Part shown: piece by piece, positions 47,465 to 57,107 of the stretch
How the letters are laid out: each line of letters opens with the position of its first letter
Numbering within the stretch: the first letter of the stretch is position 1
Source of the DNA: a virus
Length of the DNA: 64,000 nt
Reading direction: 5' to 3' (one strand)
IMG/VR virus record: IMGVR_UViG_3300021961_000020
Notes under the pieces: model-generated
Database searches by the model: none
What the model was told of the DNA's origin: nothing
The model's input: the letters and a program-made list of their open reading frames with translations, nothing else
Made by a program: the position numbers and the translations under genes

Positions 47465-47902
47465 TTATACATGAGTAGCAATCCCTGCTTTCGGGTCTTG
47501 CTCCAGTTTAAATAGAGATTCTAATTTTTCTTTTGCTTTTGTTACATTACCTAAGTAACCCATCTTTTCGGAGGGTCTTACTCTTTTACCACCTACGGAT
47601 CTGATTCCACCACTTGTTCTATCTTCAGCTTGATCAATAAGATAGTTAATGTAGTAGTCAACCATATCATTGTCTTCATCAACTTCTGTCATTGTGATGA
47701 CTTTATCTTTATCGATGAAGAAAAACTGATCGTTTGGAACATGCATCCATGGTTCCACTCTAATATAAGAACCCCTAGGTCCATGAACAGGTTGAATACA
47801 AACTGGATCTTGCAGGATCAGGGTATGTTCTTCTGCAGAAGTAATTGCAAATAACTCTTCTCCAGAGACCAACTTTATACTTGCGTAAAACTCTTCAGTC
47901 AT
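47465..47902 (-). CDS. Conserved T4-like cyanophage hypothetical protein
   Basis: IKLVSGEELFA motif; coupled to uvsW. Confidence 0.8.
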   Translation of the reverse strand: MTEEFYASIKLVSGEELFAITSAEEHTLILQDPVCIQPVHGPRGSYIRVEPWMHVPNDQFFFIDKDKVITMTEVDEDNDMVDYYINYLIDQAEDRTSGGIRSVGGKRVRPSEKMGYLGNVTKAKEKLESLFKLEQDPKAGIATHV

Positions 47903-49368
47903 TCTTTTTTCCTCAGATTGATGGTTACCATGTCATAATGAAATTTCTCTTCGTTGTAAATTTTTATGCGTTCGATGAGATGATTCAATGTGTAATTTCT
48001 TTTTGATCTGTAGGTGCAGTCATCTGCAATGTCGTATAAAGTTGCACTAAACTTATTTGCACCTTTTCTTAGCACTCTCCCAATTGATTGGAGATTTCTT
48101 ATCCTTGATTTTGAAGGAGAGGCAAAGATTACATTGTGTAAATTCTTGATGTTGATGCCTGTGGAAAATGTTCCGTAAGAGGCAACAATGATGGAGTTTT
48201 TTTCGTTTTCGATAATGGAACGGGCTAGTTCTCTGTCCTCAACATCGACCCCTCCATGAATAAAGAAGACCTTTCGATTGGTCTCAATATTTGTATTTAT
48301 TAAATCGAAAAGTACCCTACCATGATCTTCGACTCTGTTAAACAAAACGAGAGTATTACCTGGGAGATCAATAGCAAGATTTTTAATGAAGTTGTTTCTT
48401 TGTTCATGCTTAATCAAGTATTCGATTTCATCTAGATAGGAATCAAAAACTCTCTCATCATGCTTAAGTAAAAGGATCTTTGCATTGAGTTTTGCAAGGT
48501 ATCCCTTATTCATTAATTCTTCTGTACGAATCAATTTATAAGATGGACCAAACAGTCCTTCTAACACCCATTTATGAGTTTGAGTTCCATCAAGAGTTCC
48601 AGTAAAACCAAAACGATATTTTGCTTGATGTAACTTTGTCATGATCTGTGTCAAAGACTTTGCTTTGAACAGGTGTGCTTCATCACCAATGACTACATTA
48701 AATCTTTCAAAGTAACTCTTTTCTAACTTATAGATAGATTGCCAAGTAGTAATAACGACAGGTGCTTTTGCCTCTCGTTCACGACCAGCATAAATCTTAT
48801 GGCAATACGATGAAGCGTCCCATCCATACTCCTCAAAGTCCTTATACATCTGCTCTACCAGAGATGTCGTTGGAACAACTAGGAGGATATTTTGTTTGCG
48901 CTCTGTATAGTACCTCACGATTGAGTAAATCATCAAAGATTTGCCAGAGGCTGTTGGGCTTATCACTAACCTTCTATTGTGTCTTAGAGCACCGTATACT
49001 CCCTCTATTTGATAGTCTCTCGGAGGATGCTTAGCAATAGACTTCATGTAGTCTTTGACTCCTTCCTTAGAGATAAATTCATTCTCTTCATAAGGAGTTC
49101 CGTAGAACTTACTATCAACAAACTCATATTCATATCCATGCCTCTGACAGAAAGAGACAAGTTTATCTAACAGACCAACATATAATTCTCTGGTGTGAGT
49201 AGAGAACAATCTAATCTTTCCATCCCAATATCTTTTACGATACTGGTTCATGTACTTTGCTCCTTCGATATCAAAGGAGAAGTGATCTGCTAGTTCCTGA
49301 TAGACATGAGGTTCTGATTCAATCTTCAGATAAACCTCATTCTTTTTGGATATGACAAGTTTGCTCAT
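47899..49368 (-). CDS. uvsW: SF2 RNA-DNA helicase
   Basis: SPTASGKS, DEAH and QSIGRVLR motifs. Confidence 0.96.
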   Translation of the reverse strand: MSKLVISKKNEVYLKIESEPHVYQELADHFSFDIEGAKYMNQYRKRYWDGKIRLFSTHTRELYVGLLDKLVSFCQRHGYEYEFVDSKFYGTPYEENEFISKEGVKDYMKSIAKHPPRDYQIEGVYGALRHNRRLVISPTASGKSLMIYSIVRYYTERKQNILLVVPTTSLVEQMYKDFEEYGWDASSYCHKIYAGREREAKAPVVITTWQSIYKLEKSYFERFNVVIGDEAHLFKAKSLTQIMTKLHQAKYRFGFTGTLDGTQTHKWVLEGLFGPSYKLIRTEELMNKGYLAKLNAKILLLKHDERVFDSYLDEIEYLIKHEQRNNFIKNLAIDLPGNTLVLFNRVEDHGRVLFDLINTNIETNRKVFFIHGGVDVEDRELARSIIENEKNSIIVASYGTFSTGINIKNLHNVIFASPSKSRIRNLQSIGRVLRKGANKFSATLYDIADDCTYRSKRNYTLNHLIERIKIYNEEKFHYDMVTINLRKKE

Positions 49369-49370
49369 AC

Positions 49371-49796
49371 TTACCCCGCACGGAAATTGTGCCAATCAAT
49401 GATGTTCTTGATCAAATATCCTCTGTTGCTAACCTGTTTGATAATATCTTCCAGGTATGTCAACATGACATCGTAGTATTTGATTTTTAGAGTAGCAGCT
49501 TGCACCTTCTCGTCTGCTGCCATATACCGCTGAACAGCATCTTTCTCCCTTACTTTATAGGGAAACGGATCGTCCACATATACTTCTGGATTTGCTTTAC
49601 CTGTGTAGTAAAGGTGACGCTCTAACTTAATTTTATTTTCTACTGTCGTTGCTCTTTCTCGCAGTAGTTTTATGTTATTATAGAGGTCGAAATACTTTGC
49701 GTGTAAGGATGGTATCTTTGCAGATTCTTCATGTAAATTATCTTGATCAATCTGTGAGTCTTTCTCCCACATACTTTGTATAGTTTCAAGATTCAT
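49371..49796 (-). CDS. uvsY: Recombination mediator
   Basis: IPSLHAKY...IKNIIDW pattern; position next to uvsW. Confidence 0.88.
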   Translation of the reverse strand: MNLETIQSMWEKDSQIDQDNLHEESAKIPSLHAKYFDLYNNIKLLRERATTVENKIKLERHLYYTGKANPEVYVDDPFPYKVREKDAVQRYMAADEKVQAATLKIKYYDVMLTYLEDIIKQVSNRGYLIKNIIDWHNFRAG

Positions 49797-49799
49797 AAA

Positions 49800-50330
49800 T
49801 TAAGTTTCCACTTCAATGGTATAGAACAGATACTTAAAAGTAACGGTTGCTGTAAAGTATGTATAATCCTGATCAGTGGCAGTAAATTCAAGAGCACTCA
49901 AAGAAATAGGAAACAAGTCTCTGAACTTTACGCGAGCACTAACATTAAAATTACTGTTTAGGATAGCGAGTGTTCCGTCACTAAATTGCTCTTTAACATC
50001 CTTTTGTCCCTGAGCATTGGTAATTAATTCTTGAAACTCAGAAACACTCTCTGGATATCCAAGACCATAAATCCAGTTATGAATCTCTAAGTAATTTTCC
50101 AAGTCTTCATCAACAATAAACTGGAGAGTCAGATCTTCAAACTGAATATTATCCCCAGGCAAATCAATTGCTTTGAGATAATTTCCTACCTTAATATTTC
50201 CAAGTTGGATACCAGGAATCTTTGCACTGTTGGAAAAGAAATCAACCTTTGGTGTCTTTACAATGTTAAATTTAAATCCAACTGGCGACAAGTAATTCTT
50301 GTTCGCAATTTGTTTACCTAAAAATGACAT
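49800..50330 (-). CDS. gp3: Tail completion / sheath stabiliser
   Basis: FIVDEDLENYLEIHNW and F.DLFP..L motifs; synteny. Confidence 0.85.
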   Translation of the reverse strand: MSFLGKQIANKNYLSPVGFKFNIVKTPKVDFFSNSAKIPGIQLGNIKVGNYLKAIDLPGDNIQFEDLTLQFIVDEDLENYLEIHNWIYGLGYPESVSEFQELITNAQGQKDVKEQFSDGTLAILNSNFNVSARVKFRDLFPISLSALEFTATDQDYTYFTATVTFKYLFYTIEVET

Positions 50331-50332
50331 GA

Positions 50333-50977
50333 TTACCTCGCTGTTCTAACATATACTTTTCTCTTACCATATTGTGTAGGTGTGAGATTTGGATCACCAG
50401 TGACCTGTCTTGCAGTAGCTCTCATTAAATCATAACTAGTGCTTTTGTTAACTTCACCTGCAGGACCAAAATTACCAGTATCCCTCACAGTTGCATTTGT
50501 AACTCTGGTATTTGCACCAGTTGGTTTTTGTGTGAACTGTAACTTGGTTCCAAAATCTTGAGACGGAGTTCCTGCCCATGTACCTGCAGGAACTTCATTT
50601 GCTTTATATCTGTAAGGAACTGCAACGCCAGTTGTTGCACCTGTAAATGGAGTTCCGTCAGCAGTTCTTTGGACTTTATCTGCGCCAGTGTTATATCCTT
50701 GTGAAGTTGTATCTTTTGGACCGTAAGAACTGGTACTGACAGGTTTCCATCCATATCTTTCTGCTTCTGCGGGAGTATGTGCCCTTGGAGTAAACTTATT
50801 AGTGCTCTTATCTAATACTCCAGGTTTATAATTTTTATATGCTAAAACATTTGTATTAGCAGGTTTTGGTTTTGTTGCAGCAGATCTGTCAGCACCAGAT
50901 ATTTTATTCCATGCCCAAGTAAATGGGTTTCCTTCTACCAGAGCAGCATCTTCTCTGAATTGACGAAAGGTTTTCAT
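50333..50977 (-). CDS. Late hypothetical protein with capsid-targeting-like N-terminus
   Basis: MKTFRQFRE; CTAAATA at 50999-51005. Confidence 0.7.
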   Translation of the reverse strand: MKTFRQFREDAALVEGNPFTWAWNKISGADRSAATKPKPANTNVLAYKNYKPGVLDKSTNKFTPRAHTPAEAERYGWKPVSTSSYGPKDTTSQGYNTGADKVQRTADGTPFTGATTGVAVPYRYKANEVPAGTWAGTPSQDFGTKLQFTQKPTGANTRVTNATVRDTGNFGPAGEVNKSTSYDLMRATARQVTGDPNLTPTQYGKRKVYVRTAR

Positions 50978-51007
50978 CTACACTAGGCGTCTTAATTATA
51001 TTTAGAT

Positions 51008-51034
51008 AAAAAAAGAGGGTCCTTTCGGACCCTC
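51008..51034 (-). terminator. gp23 terminator
   Basis: GAGGGTCC-GAAA-GGACCCTC followed by a T-run. Confidence 0.92.
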
Positions 51035-51068
51035 GGAGACTTCCTTCACACGGATGTCTATTATAACA

Positions 51069-52508
51069 TCACATGAGGTTCTTAACAACAGTACGCTGGT
51101 AGTAGCGGTTGCTGTTGGAGGTGATACGACCAAGACCCTGGTTAGAAACATTACCCTCAGCGAAGGGGTTGGAGACAAGACCATAACGGGTCTTGAAGCC
51201 AATCTTGGGCTGGAAGCTGTTCTCACCGACGGCACGAACCATCTGGAGGGGAACATAGGGGCAGTAGAAGAGACCAGCGTCATAGGGGCTGGAACCCTTG
51301 TAACCGACAACATAGTACTGGTTAGCAGCACTGTTGGCAGAGAAGGGATCGATATAGACTCTGTACTTACCGTTGATAGTACCAGCGAAGGTATTACCAG
51401 TGTCGTCAACCTGCAGGTTGGCGTTCAGAGCGGGGGTGTAATCGAGTACACCAGCCATGGTCAGAGCAGAGGCGACATCAGCGGAGGTCATGATGATGTT
51501 GCCCTTTCCTCTACGAGTTCTTTGGGCGATTCTGTTAGCATCTCTCTCGATGTTGAACAGCAGACCCTTGAACTTCTCAACAGACCAACGACCGTTGGAG
51601 TCAACATCCAGGTCGAAGAATCCTTGGTTAGCAACATTGACCTGAGAACCAGCTTCAGCGGTCTTATAGATGGTTCTGATGACTTCGCGGTTGATCTCAG
51701 CCAGGATCTCGCTGGACAGGATGTTAGCGAGTTCGGCTTCAGCGTTCAGACCGTGGATAGCACGGAGGTCCTGAGCCAGCTCCATGCTGTACTCAGCTTT
51801 CAGAGCACGAGACTTAGCGGTAACGGTGACCTTCTCGATCGAGAATGCCATCTCGTTGAAGTTGGTGCCGTTGCCGTCACCCAGAGCTTCAGAGTCGCCA
51901 GTTGCGAAACCTTGACCAACGCTGTACTGAGCTTGAACAGCATCAGAAGCGGTGCCTTCCAGGATACCAGGGTTGGTGCCACGCTGAGTAGCGGTAGAAC
52001 CGAAACCAACAGCCAGACCGTCATCGGTAGCAGCGGTGTAGTCACCTTGGGTAGCAGTGCCACCAGCGACATTGGCAGAGAAGGCAGAATCGGGCTCGTC
52101 GAAGAAGGCTTCGGTGCCAGACTGGTTGGTGTAGCGGGAGCGCATTGCGAAGATCAGTCCAGTAGGACCGTTCATCGGTTGAACACCAGCGAGTTCATAA
52201 GCAACCAGATTCGGCATAGAGCGACGAATCAGGGAGATCAGAACGGGGTCGAAACCAGCGGTAGGACCAGCAGCAGCAGAACCAGAACCGAAAGCACCAG
52301 AAGCACCAGCAGCGTTACCAGAGTTGGTGGGGGCTTCGGTCAGCATGCCATTGCCATTCTCAAAAGCATGCTGCTCACGCAGGAAACGCTCTTGGTTCTC
52401 AAGCAGGATAGCGGTGGTAGCACGACGGTGAGAATCCCTAATCGGATCTACACCCTCGGCATCGAGAAGGGGAGACCACTTCTCAATTAATTGTTGTGCG
52501 TTGTACAT
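51069..52508 (-). CDS. gp23: Major capsid protein
   Basis: GVQPMNGPTGLIFAMRS, SRALKAEYS and FYCPYVPLQM motifs. Confidence 0.99.
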   Translation of the reverse strand: MYNAQQLIEKWSPLLDAEGVDPIRDSHRRATTAILLENQERFLREQHAFENGNGMLTEAPTNSGNAAGASGAFGSGSAAAGPTAGFDPVLISLIRRSMPNLVAYELAGVQPMNGPTGLIFAMRSRYTNQSGTEAFFDEPDSAFSANVAGGTATQGDYTAATDDGLAVGFGSTATQRGTNPGILEGTASDAVQAQYSVGQGFATGDSEALGDGNGTNFNEMAFSIEKVTVTAKSRALKAEYSMELAQDLRAIHGLNAEAELANILSSEILAEINREVIRTIYKTAEAGSQVNVANQGFFDLDVDSNGRWSVEKFKGLLFNIERDANRIAQRTRRGKGNIIMTSADVASALTMAGVLDYTPALNANLQVDDTGNTFAGTINGKYRVYIDPFSANSAANQYYVVGYKGSSPYDAGLFYCPYVPLQMVRAVGENSFQPKIGFKTRYGLVSNPFAEGNVSNQGLGRITSNSNRYYQRTVVKNLM

Positions 52509-52542
52509 TGTTTTGGGAAATTGTGTTAAATTTGGGACTTGT

Positions 52543-53577
52543 TTACTTCATTCCAAGGGCTTTCAAATACTGAGCCATCGAAGCAGATGCTTCAACGCCA
52601 GTTTCTGAGGTTACGCCCTCAGACAGTGTTTCCACTTTATTAGAAGACTGCTTTTGCTCGCTGGGGAAATAAGATTCTCTCAGCGTAACCAGCTTCTCAC
52701 GATAAGACTCTTCACCCTCAAACTCAACACCCTCAGACAGAGCGTACAGTTTCTCTCTTTGTGTTACAGCAAGTCCTTCGGTTACTTCGCGGAAAATTCC
52801 ATCAGCTGTAGTTTCACCGAGTCTCTTGTTGAGAGAGATGTTAGCTTCAATCTGTTCGTTAAGTCTGGTTTCCATTTCATCAAGTTTGGAGACCATGCTC
52901 TCCAGGACATCATATTTATCTTCAGGGATAGAAACATAATGATCTTCAAAAAGACCTCTCATTCCTTGCAGGAAGGATTCGGTCATCTCGGTCTTCAGAC
53001 CGTGCTCAACCTCGATCTTGTTCTCGGAGAGCCACTCAGTAGATACATACTCAAGGTATGCATCAACACGCTCTACGAGTTCCGACTTAACGGACTCAAG
53101 ATGCTCGGTCAGTGTTGCTTCGTACTCAGCAGCCATTGCTTCTTGTACTTCAGTTACCTTAGCGGTAACTACAGCTTCGAAGATGGTGCGAGCTTTTTCT
53201 TGGAATTCTTCGGAGAGTTCTTCGCCGCCAAACAGAGCAGCAAGATCTTCTTCGATGTCAACCGTAGAGGTTTCTTGCTCTTCCTCGGCAACGACTTCCT
53301 GCTCGTCCTCAAGTTCTACTTGATCGCCAGCAGAAAGAGATTGCATAGGCTCAGCAGCTTTAGCGCCACGAGTTACGACATCTCTAACGGTTTTGACTTT
53401 GGGTTCTGCGAGTTTCGCGGAATTGTCGTCGGGCTTATAGTTCTCGGGGGTAGGACCACCGAGATCTTGTACAGCCGCCAGACCAGTTCCAGGATCAGCT
53501 AACTTAGGCATACCTTCGCCAGCTTTCGCACCCCTTGTTACAGGATTTTCCATTTCTTGTAATTCCTTAGCGGACAT
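52543..53577 (-). CDS. gp22: Prohead core scaffold
   Basis: FQEKARTIFE...VDAYLEY...W motif; synteny. Confidence 0.93.
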   Translation of the reverse strand: MSAKELQEMENPVTRGAKAGEGMPKLADPGTGLAAVQDLGGPTPENYKPDDNSAKLAEPKVKTVRDVVTRGAKAAEPMQSLSAGDQVELEDEQEVVAEEEQETSTVDIEEDLAALFGGEELSEEFQEKARTIFEAVVTAKVTEVQEAMAAEYEATLTEHLESVKSELVERVDAYLEYVSTEWLSENKIEVEHGLKTEMTESFLQGMRGLFEDHYVSIPEDKYDVLESMVSKLDEMETRLNEQIEANISLNKRLGETTADGIFREVTEGLAVTQREKLYALSEGVEFEGEESYREKLVTLRESYFPSEQKQSSNKVETLSEGVTSETGVEASASMAQYLKALGMK

Positions 53578-53613
53578 TAGTGAACTCTCCGATTAAATCG
53601 TTGATATAAACTA

Positions 53614-53625
53614 TATTTATTTATA
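53614..53625 (-). promoter_or_regulatory. Tandem late promoter for gp22-gp23
   Basis: TATAAATAAATA. Confidence 0.8.
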
Positions 53626-53627
53626 AA

Positions 53628-54278
53628 TTAGAGACTTGATAAGAACTTATTGAACAAAGCAAGCTTCTGTTCCTGTAAAGCTCTTTGGTCTACCAAAGTG
53701 TTAATTTGCTTGTAGGTCTTCTCTACAAGTCTTTCGCGGACGATGCCGCCATCCATAACCCACTCTTTTCCTTCCATGATTCCTTCTACAAAGGCATCAG
53801 GTGCGGAAGGATCTGCTACAATATCAGCAGCAGTTGCGAGCATGAAATCGTCGGAGACAATTTTAATGCCCTCGTTATTCATGGTCAATGTACCAAGACC
53901 ACGAGAAGAAACACCTAACTTAACACCTTCATCAATCAGACTCTGAGCAATCTTGCCCATAGGTGTATTGAGAAGTTTTGCCTTACCAATAAAATTAGTT
54001 CCCTCTTCTCTGAGAGAAACAATTTTATGGGAGACTCTATCTAAGTTAAGAGTAGGTCCATCAGGGTGACCGAGCTCACCAAGAGCACGACCCTTGTTTA
54101 CAAAACTTTCGTTGTAGCGACAGACTTCTCTACGAAGAGTTTCCATCGGGTACATGCGACCGTTACGGTTCTTAATGTCCCCTTGCAGGAATACTCCTTC
54201 GATAAACATAGACTTCTTACCATCGCGTTCTTCGATGATAAGTTCTACCTGTTCGATTTCTTCCGTGATCAGTTTCAT
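53628..54278 (-). CDS. gp21: Prohead protease
   Basis: NRNGRMY, GELGHP and GVSSRG motifs. Confidence 0.96.
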   Translation of the reverse strand: MKLITEEIEQVELIIEERDGKKSMFIEGVFLQGDIKNRNGRMYPMETLRREVCRYNESFVNKGRALGELGHPDGPTLNLDRVSHKIVSLREEGTNFIGKAKLLNTPMGKIAQSLIDEGVKLGVSSRGLGTLTMNNEGIKIVSDDFMLATAADIVADPSAPDAFVEGIMEGKEWVMDGGIVRERLVEKTYKQINTLVDQRALQEQKLALFNKFLSSL

Positions 54279-54282
54279 TTGA

Positions 54283-54549
54283 TTACCCTGTGAATCCTAC
54301 TTTAGCTACTTTAAGTGCTCCTCCAATGCCATAGATAAGATCAGAGGCTTTCTTCTCAACCAACTCAGATGTATTATTGAGCATGGTAATGGATCCAATA
54401 CCTGTAAAGGAAGAATCCTGAACATGAAGAACAACAGTACTGCCAGAATCATTTAGGACTCTAACAACAGTAGCATTGCCTACGGAAGTACTATTACCAA
54501 TACCAGCTGCCAGCGGAGTCTCCGCCGCAAGAATTAAAGTTCTTGCCAT
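54283..54549 (-). CDS. Conserved hypothetical protein in the head cluster
   Basis: 88-aa ORF between gp67-like and gp21. Confidence 0.75.
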   Translation of the reverse strand: MARTLILAAETPLAAGIGNSTSVGNATVVRVLNDSGSTVVLHVQDSSFTGIGSITMLNNTSELVEKKASDLIYGIGGALKVAKVGFTG

Positions 54550-54713
54550 TATTCTCCCTCAGGTGAATCTTGTGTACCAAAAAGACTTGCCGCAGCACCA
54601 GGACGCAATGCATCTACTTTTGCAGCAGCTCTTGTATAAAGAAGGTCTTTGATTTGATCGCTGATATCAACTGCAGACGAATCCGTTGCAATCATATTAA
54701 TTAGTTCTTCCAT
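54549..54713 (-). CDS. Small prohead core-like protein (gp67 position; not in ORF track)
   Basis: MEELINMIATDSSAVDISDQIKDLLY...; ATAAATA at 54738-54744; TAATG coupling. Confidence 0.65.
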   Translation of the reverse strand: MEELINMIATDSSAVDISDQIKDLLYTRAAAKVDALRPGAAASLFGTQDSPEGE

Positions 54714-54743
54714 TGATATAAATCAGAGGTATAAACTTATTTA

Positions 54744-56417
54744 TTAGATCTCCCCTTCTGATGCCTTTGGTTGCTTCGGTTGTTGAGGCGCAGGCGCTGG
54801 AGTTTCCGCAACTGCATTAGGATCTTGTCCCTGCATCATAGGATCTGCAGCAGACATTGCTTCCATCTCAAGCATTTGTTGGTTGGGATCGGGAATGACT
54901 CCTCTTGCAATTTCATCCTCGATCTGCGCATCAATTTCGACGATTTCTTGATCTCTCTGACGCAGAACTTGGCGTCTTACATACTCCGTAGAGTAGTAAC
55001 GACCAACATAAGGTTCGACTTGCATCAGGAGAGCTAAGCGACCCTCCATCAGTTCCTTATCCTTCAGTTCTGCAAAGTGGTTGTCATATAAGAAGTCGAA
55101 CTGAATATGCTCAGACATTACTTCCCAATCCTGGGGAGTAACAATATTCTTCAGAAGAAGTTGTGTCTTAAGCATATCCAGGAACATTGCACTGAAACGC
55201 TTACGGAGACGACCAACAAACTTACTAAATTTGAGTTCGTCTCTTAAGATTTCAGAAGATCTACCTAGGTTGAATCCATCGCCAGAACCAGCGATTCTAG
55301 ATTCGGGCACTGCTAGGGATCTATAGAGTTTCTTCTGGAAATATTCAATATCCGAAAGTTCTCCGAGGTTTTGCCCGCCAGGGAGGGTAGAGATTTCTGT
55401 ACCGCGCCCTCCCTCGCGGCGAGGAAGCCAGAAGTCTTCCAACATACTCATCATCTTTTTGTCGTCACGAATCTCACCGCTGTTGGAATCATAGACCAAC
55501 TTATTACGGTAACGCATCATGACTTCACGAAGGTACTGTTCCGCTTTTACCTTCGGAAGATTGCCAACATCAATATAGAAAATACGACGCTCAGGTGCGC
55601 GAGACAATCTGTAAATAACCAGAGAGTCCTCAATCATACGAAGTTGATTGAGTGCCTTAATTGCTTTATGCAGATAAGAAAGACCTGTTCCTTTATTTCT
55701 ATCTACAAGTCCAGAGGTGCAATAAGTAATCGAATCTTTAGCGATCTTTACACCCTTCATGGCAGCACCTGCTCCAGGCGCATTCATGTTTGTAGGATAT
55801 TGAGGTTTCGGAGTATACAAGAAATATTCTTCGATTTCAGGGAAATATACTCTCTGCTCCTCGTGAACATTCCTGTTGTTAAACAAGTCTGATCTATCAT
55901 CTTTCTTCTTTTCTTTGCGGATGTACCGCATTTTAAGAGGATCAATATATCTCAGTTCTTGTAATCCTGCTGTAGGATTTTGGATATCAATTACTTTGTT
56001 GTAGTATAGTTTACCATCAACATACCAATTTCTAAAGATTTCATGAGACTTTGTATCAAAGTCCAGAAGATCCTTAATGTGCTTAAACTCTTTACGGATG
56101 ATGTTCTTGATACCATCACTGGCATTAAGATTTTCCAGATCGATTTCTACAGGAGAATCATTCTGGTCTGAAACAATTGCTTCGTTAACAACATCTTCAA
56201 TGGCATTATCCACTTCTGGGTGGAGTGCCATCTCTCTGTATTTTCTAATAAGTTCATGCTCTGTTTTGTAGATACCTTCAATATCTACAACTTGACTAGA
56301 AAATCCACCCTGAATATAATAGTCAACCCCATCCTCGCCAGAAACGGGGATGGGGGAAACTACACCCTTGGGGTTCTTTTCATTATCTTCAATAGAAAAT
56401 CCGAAGAGTTTCGACAT
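54744..56417 (-). CDS. gp20: Portal vertex protein
   Basis: RAPERRIFYIDVGNLP and EDFWLPRREGGRGTEI motifs. Confidence 0.99.
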   Translation of the reverse strand: MSKLFGFSIEDNEKNPKGVVSPIPVSGEDGVDYYIQGGFSSQVVDIEGIYKTEHELIRKYREMALHPEVDNAIEDVVNEAIVSDQNDSPVEIDLENLNASDGIKNIIRKEFKHIKDLLDFDTKSHEIFRNWYVDGKLYYNKVIDIQNPTAGLQELRYIDPLKMRYIRKEKKKDDRSDLFNNRNVHEEQRVYFPEIEEYFLYTPKPQYPTNMNAPGAGAAMKGVKIAKDSITYCTSGLVDRNKGTGLSYLHKAIKALNQLRMIEDSLVIYRLSRAPERRIFYIDVGNLPKVKAEQYLREVMMRYRNKLVYDSNSGEIRDDKKMMSMLEDFWLPRREGGRGTEISTLPGGQNLGELSDIEYFQKKLYRSLAVPESRIAGSGDGFNLGRSSEILRDELKFSKFVGRLRKRFSAMFLDMLKTQLLLKNIVTPQDWEVMSEHIQFDFLYDNHFAELKDKELMEGRLALLMQVEPYVGRYYSTEYVRRQVLRQRDQEIVEIDAQIEDEIARGVIPDPNQQMLEMEAMSAADPMMQGQDPNAVAETPAPAPQQPKQPKASEGEI

Positions 56418-56446
56418 TTTAATAGGGTGTCTTTGATATCAAAGAC

Positions 56447-56453
56447 TATTTAT
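56447..56453 (-). promoter_or_regulatory. Late promoter for gp20
   Basis: ATAAATA followed by the 18-bp palindrome GTCTTTGATATCAAAGAC. Confidence 0.65.
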
Positions 56454-57073
56454 CAAGCGACATCTCCACCGTTTCCAGCAGCTTCCCACCACTGAACTTG
56501 AAGGGTTACGGTAAACTCTTCAATTGCGTCTGCAGAATCATAAGAAAGATCCAGTGCAGAAATGTTTGTGGGGAATACGCTGTAGAACTTGTAGGTTCTC
56601 AGGATGGGAAGATTAGCGTCAGACTCTTGAGAGTTAGGAGCAACAGCAGATCTGCCAAGTTGATAGACATAGGCGTCTCTGGTGTAATCTTCAGGGTTAG
56701 TATTACCAGCACCATCAGATACTTTAACAATAGAGTTCATCCATCTTTCGAAGGAAGAACGAATTGCAAAGTCAGTATCGTTGATAACTGTGATGGTCCA
56801 CTCATCGAATGTTCTGTCACCAGCAATCTTCAGGGTACGACCTCTGAAAGGAACACTGATAGGAGCAATGTTCGATGCGGGAAGTGCAGCTGCTTTGACA
56901 AGGAATCTTGCCTTAGCGTCAATATCATTAACGCTAGCATCTACCACACCTTCGGGCCAAGCAAGAACAACTTCAAAAAGGTTGGGTCTTGCAATACCGC
57001 CAGACAGTCTCGACTTAAATTTGTCGATTGTTCTATCTGCGGTCTTTGGGGGATTTTGTGAATTGATAGCCAT
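56453..57073 (-). CDS. gp19: Tail tube protein
   Basis: ARPNLFEV, KIAGDRTFDEWTITV and IEEFTV motifs. Confidence 0.95.
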   Translation of the reverse strand: MAINSQNPPKTADRTIDKFKSRLSGGIARPNLFEVVLAWPEGVVDASVNDIDAKARFLVKAAALPASNIAPISVPFRGRTLKIAGDRTFDEWTITVINDTDFAIRSSFERWMNSIVKVSDGAGNTNPEDYTRDAYVYQLGRSAVAPNSQESDANLPILRTYKFYSVFPTNISALDLSYDSADAIEEFTVTLQVQWWEAAGNGGDVA

Positions 57074-57107
57074 TAGTTTTTACCTCGTTGAGTTTATTAT
57101 AAGGCGA

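Noticed and set aside
51054-52490. 478-aa plus-strand ORF
   Set aside because: Antisense shadow of gp23, expected from biased codon use; no recognisable motifs
56429-56446. Perfect 18-bp palindrome before gp20
   Set aside because: Single occurrence, explicable as a 5'-UTR hairpin after the late promoter
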